Shown here piece after piece: positions 41,095 to 49,087 of a stretch of 64,000 nucleotides of DNA (position 1 is the first letter of the stretch; each line of letters starts with the position of its first letter). Origin of the DNA: Aquabacterium sp. (GTDB lineage: Bacteria; Pseudomonadota; Gammaproteobacteria; Burkholderiales; Burkholderiaceae_C). The stretch is from NCBI GenBank assembly GCA_046597355.1, contig JBKJKU010000144.1, forward strand, positions 49 to 64,048, read 5' to 3'. The notes beneath the pieces are model-generated. The model did not search any database. It saw only the letters and a list, made by a program, of their open reading frames with translations, and was not told the DNA's origin. A program made the position numbers and the translations under genes.

Positions 41095-41095
41095 G

Positions 41096-41470
41096 CTAAT
41101 GCAGTGCCGCGGTATCGGCCAGCGCAAACTCAGGCACCGGTGACTCGAACCAGTCGGCGCTTTCGGTGATGCCGACCAGCGTGCCCTGCATCGTGCCCTG
41201 CGAGGTGGCGATCAAGGCCCAGCTGGTGTACTCAAACTGCTCGCCCGGCTTGAGCAGCGGCTGGTGGCCCACCAGCCCCAAGCCACGCACCTGCTGCACC
41301 ACGCCGTTCAGGTCGCTGATCTGCCAGTGGCGGGCAATCACCTGCGCCGCCACGTCGCCGGTGTTGCGGATGGTGACCGTGTAGGCATAGCCGTAACGCT
41401 GCTGTGCCGGGTCGGTCTGCTCGGGCAGCGGGCGCACAGCCACACTGCTGGTAAATCGGGGTTTGGCCAT
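41096..41470 (-). CDS. apaG: ApaG protein
   Basis: YAYTVTIRN, ARHWQI, GLGLVGHQP and FEYTS motifs. Confidence 0.96.
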   Translation of the reverse strand: MAKPRFTSSVAVRPLPEQTDPAQQRYGYAYTVTIRNTGDVAAQVIARHWQISDLNGVVQQVRGLGLVGHQPLLKPGEQFEYTSWALIATSQGTMQGTLVGITESADWFESPVPEFALADTAALH

Positions 41471-41546
41471 GGGGCCATTCTAGGAAGGCTGCGAAAATCA
41501 GGCCGGCGGCCGGCCCGGCTGCGTCAGATCACCCTCTTTGGCCCCC

Positions 41547-42230
41547 ATGGACACCACCTTCCGCATCGCCCCCAGCATCCTGTCGGCCGACTTTGCCCAG
41601 CTCGGCAACGAGCTGCGCGACGTCATTGCCGCCGGCGCCGACTGGATCCATTTCGACGTGATGGACAACCACTACGTGCCCAACCTGAGCTTTGGGCCGA
41701 TGGTCTGCCAGGCGTTGCGCAAACACGCGGTGCGCGCCGACGGCAGCCGGGTGCCGATCGACGTGCACCTGATGGTGCAGCCGGTGGACGCCCTGGCCCA
41801 GGCCTTTGCCCAGGCCGGGGCTGACCTGATCAGCTTTCACCCCGACGCCAGCGCGCATGTCGACCGCACGCTGCAGCTGATCAAGGCCGCCGGTTGCCAG
41901 GCCGGGCTGGTGTTCAACCCGGCCGAGCCGATCGATGTGCTGGAGTGGGTGATCGACAAGGTCGATCTGGTGCTGGTGATGAGCGTGAACCCGGGCTTTG
42001 GCGGCCAGCACTTCATCCCCGGTGCGCTGCGCAAGGTGGAAAAGCTGCGCCGGCTGATCGAAGCCTCGGGCCGCGATATCCGGCTGGAGGTGGACGGCGG
42101 CATCAAGACCGACAACATCCGCAGCGTGGCCGACGCCGGTGCCGACACCTTTGTCGCCGGCAGCGCGATTTTCGGTGCGCCCGACTACCGGGCGGTGATC
42201 AACGCGATGCGGGCCGAACTGGCGGCTTGA
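41547..42230 (+). CDS. rpe: Ribulose-phosphate 3-epimerase
   Basis: [37 protein letters not shown] and EVDGG motifs. Confidence 0.98.
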   Translation: MDTTFRIAPSILSADFAQLGNELRDVIAAGADWIHFDVMDNHYVPNLSFGPMVCQALRKHAVRADGSRVPIDVHLMVQPVDALAQAFAQAGADLISFHPDASAHVDRTLQLIKAAGCQAGLVFNPAEPIDVLEWVIDKVDLVLVMSVNPGFGGQHFIPGALRKVEKLRRLIEASGRDIRLEVDGGIKTDNIRSVADAGADTFVAGSAIFGAPDYRAVINAMRAELAA

Positions 42231-42331
42231 ATTGACGGCCTGGATTGGCGGCTTGATTGGGTGGGCTGAATGGGTGGCATGAATGGGTGGCATGAACGGG
42301 CGGCATGAACGGGTGGCATGAACAGGCCGGG
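42228..42331. repeat. 13-bp degenerate intergenic tandem array x8 (core TGAATGGGTGGCA)
   Basis: Units read at 42228, 42241, 42254, 42267, 42280, 42293, 42306 and 42319. Confidence 0.9.
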
Positions 42332-42423
42332 CCGGGCGGCAGCCCAGCCCGAGCGGGCCAGATCGGCAAACCCTGGCAGCATCGGGCCCAACCGGCCCGC
42401 TTTGAGGCCGACAAGGATGTGGC

Positions 42424-43257
42424 ATGAAGAAATGGTCTTTGGCATTGACTGCCGCCCTGACGGCCCTGATCTCCCTGCTGGCCGCATCGCCAGCCCAGGC
42501 CCAGACGGCGGGCGATGCCGCCCTCAAGGCCGCGCTGGCCGGCGCCCAGCGCACGCCGGCGTTTGTCGCCCGTGACGGCTGGCGCCACCCCTACGAGACG
42601 CTGCAATTCTTCGGCCTGCGGCCGGGCATGACGGTGGTCGAGATCTCGCCCGGCGGCGGCTGGTACACCGAAATCCTGGCGCCCTACCTGCGGGACAGCG
42701 GCCGGCTGGTGCTGGCCGCCGATGACCCGACCTCGGTCAACGCCTACAACCGGCGCAGCGCCGAGCGCCTGCGCGCCAAGCTAGACGCCCAGCCCGCCGT
42801 GTATGACCGGGTGCAACTCGCGGTGTTTGCACCGCCCTCGCAGCTGCAGTTTGCCGCGCCGGGCAGCGTGGACCTGGTGCTGACCTTCCGCAATGTGCAC
42901 AACTGGGCCGCGGCGGGTGACGACACCGTGCGGGCGGTGTTCAAGAGCGTGTTCGACAGCTTGAAGCCCGGCGGCACGTTTGGCGTGGTCGACCACCGCC
43001 TGCCGGCCGACCGGGTGCAGGACGCCAAGGCCAGCAGCGGCTACCTGCAGGTGGCCTATGTGGTGCGGCTGGCCGAGGGCGCCGGGTTCAAGCTGGCCGG
43101 TGCATCCGAGGTCAATGCCAACCCCAAGGACAGCGCCGACCATCCCAAAGGGGTCTGGGCCCTGCCGCCAACCTACGCCGACAAGGACATCGACCGCGCC
43201 CGCTACGCGGCCATCGGCGAGAGCGACCGTTTCACGCTGCGCTTCACCAAGCCCTGA
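42424..43257 (+). CDS. Exported class I SAM-dependent methyltransferase-like protein
   Basis: Signal peptide AQA-QT; RDGWRHP, VVEISPGGGWYT, TFRNVHNW and GESDR motifs. Confidence 0.88.
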   Translation: MKKWSLALTAALTALISLLAASPAQAQTAGDAALKAALAGAQRTPAFVARDGWRHPYETLQFFGLRPGMTVVEISPGGGWYTEILAPYLRDSGRLVLAADDPTSVNAYNRRSAERLRAKLDAQPAVYDRVQLAVFAPPSQLQFAAPGSVDLVLTFRNVHNWAAAGDDTVRAVFKSVFDSLKPGGTFGVVDHRLPADRVQDAKASSGYLQVAYVVRLAEGAGFKLAGASEVNANPKDSADHPKGVWALPPTYADKDIDRARYAAIGESDRFTLRFTKP

Positions 43258-43348
43258 GCCCGGCTACCCAGCCGTGACCCCAGTGCGGCTGCACGGTGGC
43301 ACGGCCGCGCGCCCGATCCTGACCCCCCCACCAGATTTGGAGACTGCT

Positions 43349-43669
43349 TTGGCTATTTTTGAGCTGCGTACCTACACCGTCATCGTCGGCAAGATGGCCG
43401 AGGTGGTTGAGCTGTACAAGACCCAGGGCTGGCCGGCGCTGGCCAAGCACCCTGACCGGCTGGTGGGCTATTTCACCGGCGACATCGGCGCGCTGAACCA
43501 GCTGGTGCACCTCTGGAAGTTCGAGGATGACGCCGACCGGCGTGCTTTTTGGGCCGGTGTTTTTGGCGACGCCGAGTTCATGGCTTTTGCCACCAAGCTG
43601 CGGCCTTTGCTGGCCTTGCAAGAAAACAAGCTGCTGCTGGCCGCGCCTTGGGGCCCGAGCCCGCACTGA
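43349..43669 (+). CDS. NIPSNAP-family protein
   Basis: FELRTY...G.F.GDIGALNQLVHLW...RR; TTG start after GGAG. Confidence 0.88.
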   Translation: MAIFELRTYTVIVGKMAEVVELYKTQGWPALAKHPDRLVGYFTGDIGALNQLVHLWKFEDDADRRAFWAGVFGDAEFMAFATKLRPLLALQENKLLLAAPWGPSPH

Positions 43670-43731
43670 CGCCGCTGCAAGGCCGGGGCAGGCTGGCAAG
43701 GGACTGGCGCGGATACCGGCCGCGAGCCAGC

Positions 43732-43789
43732 GCCCTTGACGGCTGGGCCCTTGACGGCTGGGCGTTGATGGCTGTGCGTTGATGGCTGG
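43732..43789. repeat. 14/15-bp tandem repeat x4 (GCCCTTGACGGCTGG / GCGTTGATGGCTG[TG])
   Basis: Read directly between convergent genes. Confidence 0.85.
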
Positions 43790-43813
43790 GCCCTGCCGGC
43801 TGGCAGCGCCCCA

Positions 43814-44803
43814 TCAGCCGCCCGCCAGCGTCACCACGATCTTGCCGGTGACGCTGCGCGCCGCCATCGCTGCCAGCGCCTCGCGCGCCTCGGCCAGCGG
43901 GAAGCGGGCGCCAACCGTCGGGCGCAGCACACCGGCAGCCGCCAGCCGTGACACGGCGGCCAGGTGCTCGCGGCCGCGCTCCGGAAAGCGCCGGCCGTAC
44001 TCGCCAGCCCGCACTCCGACCACGCTGTAGCCCTTGATCAGCGGCCGGTTCACATCCAGCGCCGGGATGCGGCCGCTGGCAAAACCCAGCACCAGCAGCC
44101 GGCCGCCAAAGGCGATGCAGCGCAGCGACTCATCGAACACCTCGCCGCCCACCGGGTCGGCGATCACATCGGCGCCCCGGCCCTGGGTGGCTTGCAGCAC
44201 GGCATCCCGAAAGCCGGTGGCCGGCAGCGCCAGCACCCCGGCGTCGGCCAGCGCCGCCAGACGCGCGGGTTGGCTGGCGGTGGCGATCACCCGGGCGCCC
44301 AGGTGCTGGCCGATCTGCACACAGGCCTGACCGACGCCGCCGCGGGCGCCGTGCACCAGCAGGGTCTCACCGCGCGCCAGCCCGCCCAGCCGGGCCAACG
44401 CGACCCAGGCGGTCAGGCCGGTGACAGTCAGGCAGGCGGCCACGTCCATCGCCACGCCGGCCGGCACCGGCCGCAGCGCCGCACCCGGCAGCACCACCTG
44501 CTCGGCCAACATCCCCTGCTTGGCGCCCAGCAGCACCGCTTGGCCCACCTGCCAGCCGCTGTCCGGCCCGGCCTCGGCCACCACGCCGGCACCCTCCATG
44601 CCGACCACAAAGGGCAGCGCGGGCTTGAACTGGTACAGGCCCCGGGTCATCAGCAGGTCGGGGAAGTTCAGGCTGGCGGCGTGCATGTGCACCCGCACGT
44701 CGGCAGCGCCGACGGCCGGCAGCGGCCAGCGCCGCAAGCTCAGGCCGGACAGGTCGTCGCTGAGGTGGTCGCAGACCAGGGCCAGGGTGTGGGTGGGCGG
44801 CAT
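43814..44803 (-). CDS. NADPH:quinone oxidoreductase (MDR family)
   Basis: SLNFPDLL, GMEGAG, HGARGGVG, DPVGG and GFASG motifs. Confidence 0.92.
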   Translation of the reverse strand: MPPTHTLALVCDHLSDDLSGLSLRRWPLPAVGAADVRVHMHAASLNFPDLLMTRGLYQFKPALPFVVGMEGAGVVAEAGPDSGWQVGQAVLLGAKQGMLAEQVVLPGAALRPVPAGVAMDVAACLTVTGLTAWVALARLGGLARGETLLVHGARGGVGQACVQIGQHLGARVIATASQPARLAALADAGVLALPATGFRDAVLQATQGRGADVIADPVGGEVFDESLRCIAFGGRLLVLGFASGRIPALDVNRPLIKGYSVVGVRAGEYGRRFPERGREHLAAVSRLAAAGVLRPTVGARFPLAEAREALAAMAARSVTGKIVVTLAGG

Positions 44804-45106
44804 ACGGGTGCAGTGCAAGTGGCGGCGCAGGATGGTGAGACCGGGCCGGATGATGCCGGGCTGTGCGTTTGTACCGCTGCCACCTTGGCGCCACTGGCGC
44901 ACCTGTGTCCTGGATGTGCCCGACTGCTGATCCGCTGCGGAGGCAACAGGCTGCAGTTCGGGCGGTTGCGCTGCGCACCGGTGGGTCGCCAGCGCGGGTC
45001 GTCGTGGTCGTCAAGATCCTCGATGACCTGCGCGAACCTGTCTGCGCTCATGGTGGAGGTCGGGTGGCGGACGGCGGTGCCAAGCCCTGCGGACAGCCCG
45101 AACGCC

Positions 45107-45135
45107 AAAAAAAATCCTGCCGAAGCAGGACTTTT
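45107..45135 (-). terminator. Intrinsic terminator of the PEP-CTERM gene
   Basis: Minus strand TCCTGC-TTCG-GCAGGA followed by T8 (C(UUCG)G tetraloop). Confidence 0.85.
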
Positions 45136-45151
45136 GGACCGTCGGGGCAGG

Positions 45152-45778
45152 TCAGCGTGAAGCGCGGCGACGGAAAAAGCCGAGGCCACCAAGCGCCAGA
45201 CCCACCAGGGCCAGCGAGCCGGGTTCAGGCACGTTGTTGCCGGCATCGGCGACGAAGAAGACTTTTTCGAAGCGCGTTGAATCGTTCAACCCCTGGATGT
45301 TGTTGATGCGGTAGCCGCCAGCACCATTGACGGTGTGCAGACACATGCTCAACGGGCTGTTGCTGGTATCGCACTCGTTGTTGCTAACCGTGTCGCCAGC
45401 CTGGGTGAAGCCCCATGACCAGTTGGTCGAATACCACCACTCGGCGCCGTTGGCCGTGTGGGTGGTGCTGGTCTGTCCGGTGTTGAAGATGGTGTCCGAG
45501 CGCAAGGCTGCCGCCAGCGCGAGGAAGTTGGTCGAGCCCGTTTCGCGGCCGGCCATCATCAGGTAATCACCGCTGCACACGTTGAGCACATTTTCGCCGC
45601 TGTTGCCAATGGTGGCGGCGAAGGTGGATGCATAGCACTGCGTCCAGCCACCGCTGGTGATGGTGGCCAGGGCGACATTGGCCTGCGCACCAACGGGCAG
45701 GTAGGTCGGGGTAGCGAAGGCGCTGCCAGCGGCCAGAAAGGCGATCGCTACCAAGCTGCTGAGACGGTTTGTTTTCAT
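45152..45778 (-). CDS. PEP-CTERM sorting-domain protein
   Basis: Signal peptide SAFA; C-terminal VPEPGSLALVGLALGGLGFFRRR. Confidence 0.95.
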   Translation of the reverse strand: MKTNRLSSLVAIAFLAAGSAFATPTYLPVGAQANVALATITSGGWTQCYASTFAATIGNSGENVLNVCSGDYLMMAGRETGSTNFLALAAALRSDTIFNTGQTSTTHTANGAEWWYSTNWSWGFTQAGDTVSNNECDTSNSPLSMCLHTVNGAGGYRINNIQGLNDSTRFEKVFFVADAGNNVPEPGSLALVGLALGGLGFFRRRASR

Positions 45779-45817
45779 GGCGGGTTTTTCAAATGTGGGT
45801 TGGGACACAGTGGTTTT

Positions 45818-45834
45818 AGCATTTTTCATGCCAA
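45818..45834 (-). promoter_or_regulatory. sigma54 -24/-12 promoter
   Basis: Minus strand TTGGCATGAAAAATGCT, GG-N10-GC spacing. Confidence 0.75.
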
Positions 45835-45852
45835 TCAGAAGCCACTGATTCA

Positions 45853-45865
45853 AATCAATCAGTTA
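45853..45865. promoter_or_regulatory. IHF site
   Basis: AATCAATCAGTTA matches WATCAANNNNTTR exactly. Confidence 0.65.
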
Positions 45866-45896
45866 TGAGCTTTGTAGTGATTTATGCCAGGCTCAC

Positions 45897-45913
45897 TGTA
45901 AAAAAATTCGACA
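45897..45913. promoter_or_regulatory. Enhancer-binding-protein site (TGT-N11-ACA)
   Basis: TGTAAAAAAATTCGACA upstream of the IHF and sigma54 sites. Confidence 0.6.
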
Positions 45914-46530
45914 CAAACGCACCGTGCTCGACTGGCGTTTCCAGCCAGCCCGGGTGATCGAGAGGATCAACCGTCCGGGTCACGGTGGGCGTCGGGGGCG
46001 CTCTGGTTCTGGTGGCCGAACTTGTTCGCTGTCATCTCAAAATACGTCAAGATTTTGTTGTGGCGGTCCAGACCAGCCCCGGCGCTTTTGGCCGCTGTGC
46101 GCGGTTGGCGCGGACGCGCCACCGAGGCGCAACCGCGCCCTGGCCCAGCGCCAGCAAAAATCGCTGCGGCGCGTCGGCCCGGCCTTGCGTTGGGTCTCCT
46201 TGCACCAGGTGGCTTGAAAAAACGGACCTGCGGTGGGGCACCAACTGCACCGTCTCTGCACCCCTGTGCCGGCAGCGGCCAGCGCCTCAACTGCTGCGTC
46301 GCTCAAGTAGGTTTTGGGGCCGTTGCACCAGTGGCTGCAGTGGCTGGGTAGTTGCGGATCGGCGGGCACACAACCTCAAAGCCCCTCAATTTGGTCGATC
46401 GGCAAACCATTGCAAACCGGACAATCTGGATGATGTGGCTGTCGAATTTCGCCTCCAATGCCGCGCTGATACAGCAGCCGAGCCGCTGCGTCAGCGTGCT
46501 GCGCACGGCGCTGCTGTCAGGAGCCCCTGC

Positions 46531-48876
46531 GTGAGGGCCCGCGGGTCGGCCACCCGGCTGCAGTGGCTGGTGATCGGGCCCTTCCTCACGGTGCTCACCC
46601 TGATGGCGGTGTTTGCGGTGGCCGGCACCACCATCTTGTCGGCGGTGCGGGCCTACGTGGGCGCTGAGAGCATGTGGTCCAAGGGTCAAAAAGACGCCGT
46701 CTATCACCTGGCCAACTATGCACGTTCGCACGCGGCGCTCGACCACGAACGTTTTCGCCTTGCGTTGGCGGTCCCGCTGGGCGATCAACAGGCACGCATT
46801 GCACTGCAGCGGCCCGATCCAGATCTCGCCGCGGCGCGCGAGGGCTTTCTCCTGGCGGGCAACCATCCGGACGATATCGACGGGATGGTCTGGCTGTTCC
46901 GCTATCTCGGCCAGGTCAGTTTCATGGCCAAGGCGATTGCGATCTGGGCCGAGGGGGATGTGCAGATTGCCGCCCTCGACACCTTGGCTGGCCGGATACA
47001 CGAACAGGTTATGGCCGGATCAGGCGCTCAGACGCAGAACGGTCTGGCGCAGATCGATCAGGCGCAGATCGATCAGGCGAAGATGCATGGGCTGCTGCAG
47101 CAACTCGCCGAGCAGAATGACCGCCTGACCCAAATCGAGCTGCGTTTTTCCGCGACGCTTGGCGATGCCTCGCGCATCGCCATCACGCTGGTGATTGGTG
47201 GCAGCCTGCTGTTTGGCCTGATGCTGAGCGCCGGTGCCGTGGCGCTGAGCCTGCGGCCATTGCGCGTGCAGGCGCGGGCGGCGCAGGCATTGCGCGAGAG
47301 TGAAGAGCGATTGACACGGGCGCTTGATGCCTCTGATCTGGCGTTGTGGGATTTGGATGTCGACAGCCGCACCATCTTCTTGTCCGAGTCCTGGTCGCGG
47401 CTGCTGGGCGGCGTCAATGAGGTGACACGGACCACACCGGCTGCGCTGCTGGACCTTGTCCCGCCGGACGAGCATGGCGCGGTACAGGCCGAAATGGCCC
47501 GGGCGCTGAAGGGCGAAACCCCCAGCTATCGGATTGAGCACCGCGTGCGCAAGCGCAACGGGACTTGGATGTGGAATCTGAGCGAAGGTCGGGTGGCGCG
47601 CCGGGGGCCGGACGGGCGTGCGCAGCGCATGGTGGGCACCAACCGCGACATCACCGAGCGCAAGGACGCCGATGCCGCGCGGCAGGCCCTGGAAGACCAG
47701 TTGCGCGAGTCGCAGAAGATGGAGGCCATCGGCACCCTTGCCGGCGGTATTGCGCATGACTTCAACAACATCCTCGGCGCCATCCTGGGCAATGTGACGC
47801 TGGCGCGTGACGACATCGGGCGGACGCACCCGGCGCAGGCCAGCCTGCGGCAGATCAAACGGGCGGCCGGCCGCGCGCGGGGCCTGGTGCATCAGATCCT
47901 CGCTTTCAGCCGTCACCAGCCGCAAGTGTTGCGGCCACAACCGCTCGGCCCTCTGGTGTTGGAGGCAGTTGCCCTGCTGCGCTCGACCTTGCCTGCCCAC
48001 GTCACGCTCGACACCACGCTGTCCGCATCACCGATGCAGGTACACGCCGATGCCACGCAGATCGAACAGGTGCTGATCAACCTGTGCACCAACGCCTGGC
48101 ATGCGTTGCAAGGGCGCGCTGGCCGCGTGGGCGTCGGCGCCGAACCGGCGGTGCTCGACGCGGACGAGGCGCTGCGGCTCGGTGGGTTGCCTGCCGGCTG
48201 CTATGCCCACCTGTGGGTCAGTGATGACGGCTGCGGCATGGACCGGGCCACCCAGGCGCGCATCTTCGAGCCGTTTTTCACCACCAAACCGGTCGGGCAG
48301 GGCACTGGGCTCGGCCTGGCGGTAGCCCACGGCATCGCAGCAACGCACCACGGCGCAATCACCGTGCAAAGCGAACTGGGTGCGGGCAGCACGTTTCACC
48401 TCTACCTGCCGCTGGCGGCGGACACGCCGGGTGACGCCGTGCAGGCGCCCGTGGTTTCGATGTGGGGCGCGCTGGAATCCCTCCCGGAGACGGGGCAGGG
48501 GCAGCATGTGCTCTGCGTTGATGACGACGAGGTGATGCTGGTGATGGTAGAGCGCTTGCTGCAGCGCCAGGGCTACCGGGTCAGCTGCCACAGCGATCCG
48601 CGCCGCGCGCTGGCGGCCCTGCGCGAGGCGCCGCAATCCTTCGATCTGCTGCTCAGCGACTTCAACATGCCGCAATGCTCGGGGCTTGAACTGGCGCGCG
48701 CAGCGGCGCAGGTTCGCGCCGACCTGCCGGTCGTGATCACCTCGGGCTACATCACCGAAGCGCTGGGTGCCGAAATGCGCGAGGCGGGTGTGCGCGGCGT
48801 GATCAACAAGGAGCGCACGGTGGAGGAACTCGGCGCCCTGGTGGCGACCGTGCTCTCAGCGCCCGTGATGGTCTGA
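46531..48876 (+). CDS. Hybrid sensor histidine kinase (TM sensor-PAS-HisKA-HATPase-REC)
   Basis: AHDFNN H-box, FFTTK and GTGLGL, REC domain with VDDD/SDFNMP; AGGAG RBS before the GTG. Confidence 0.93.
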   Translation: MRARGSATRLQWLVIGPFLTVLTLMAVFAVAGTTILSAVRAYVGAESMWSKGQKDAVYHLANYARSHAALDHERFRLALAVPLGDQQARIALQRPDPDLAAAREGFLLAGNHPDDIDGMVWLFRYLGQVSFMAKAIAIWAEGDVQIAALDTLAGRIHEQVMAGSGAQTQNGLAQIDQAQIDQAKMHGLLQQLAEQNDRLTQIELRFSATLGDASRIAITLVIGGSLLFGLMLSAGAVALSLRPLRVQARAAQALRESEERLTRALDASDLALWDLDVDSRTIFLSESWSRLLGGVNEVTRTTPAALLDLVPPDEHGAVQAEMARALKGETPSYRIEHRVRKRNGTWMWNLSEGRVARRGPDGRAQRMVGTNRDITERKDADAARQALEDQLRESQKMEAIGTLAGGIAHDFNNILGAILGNVTLARDDIGRTHPAQASLRQIKRAAGRARGLVHQILAFSRHQPQVLRPQPLGPLVLEAVALLRSTLPAHVTLDTTLSASPMQVHADATQIEQVLINLCTNAWHALQGRAGRVGVGAEPAVLDADEALRLGGLPAGCYAHLWVSDDGCGMDRATQARIFEPFFTTKPVGQGTGLGLAVAHGIAATHHGAITVQSELGAGSTFHLYLPLAADTPGDAVQAPVVSMWGALESLPETGQGQHVLCVDDDEVMLVMVERLLQRQGYRVSCHSDPRRALAALREAPQSFDLLLSDFNMPQCSGLELARAAAQVRADLPVVITSGYITEALGAEMREAGVRGVINKERTVEELGALVATVLSAPVMV

Positions 48877-48917
48877 GGCGGGCTGGGTCTGCACCGGCCC
48901 GTCCAGGGCGGGCCCGG

Positions 48918-48958
48918 ATGAACTTGTCGCCGCGGTCGCTTTCGGACCGGGCTTTTTT
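48918..48958 (+). terminator. Possible intrinsic terminator
   Basis: CGGTC/GACCG stem followed by GGC and T6. Confidence 0.45.
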
Positions 48959-49087
48959 CATCACGCCCGTGGCTGACCGGGCCGCGGCGTGCTTGGCTGT
49001 CGGCGCGGGTGCCGGTGTCGGCTGGACCACGGCGGGGCACCGACTTGCCAGCCAGCGGCTGGCGCGGAGTACAGTTCGCCGCGCCCT

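Noticed and set aside
42228-42331. Possible CRISPR array
   Set aside because: Units are contiguous 13-mers without unique spacers, and no cas genes are present.
44830-45051. ORF MSADRFAQVIEDLDDHDDPR... as an ISAs1-like transposase start or small gene
   Set aside because: Only a DPR resemblance; no RBS, terminal repeats or DDE region, and the frame runs into the oxidoreductase gene.
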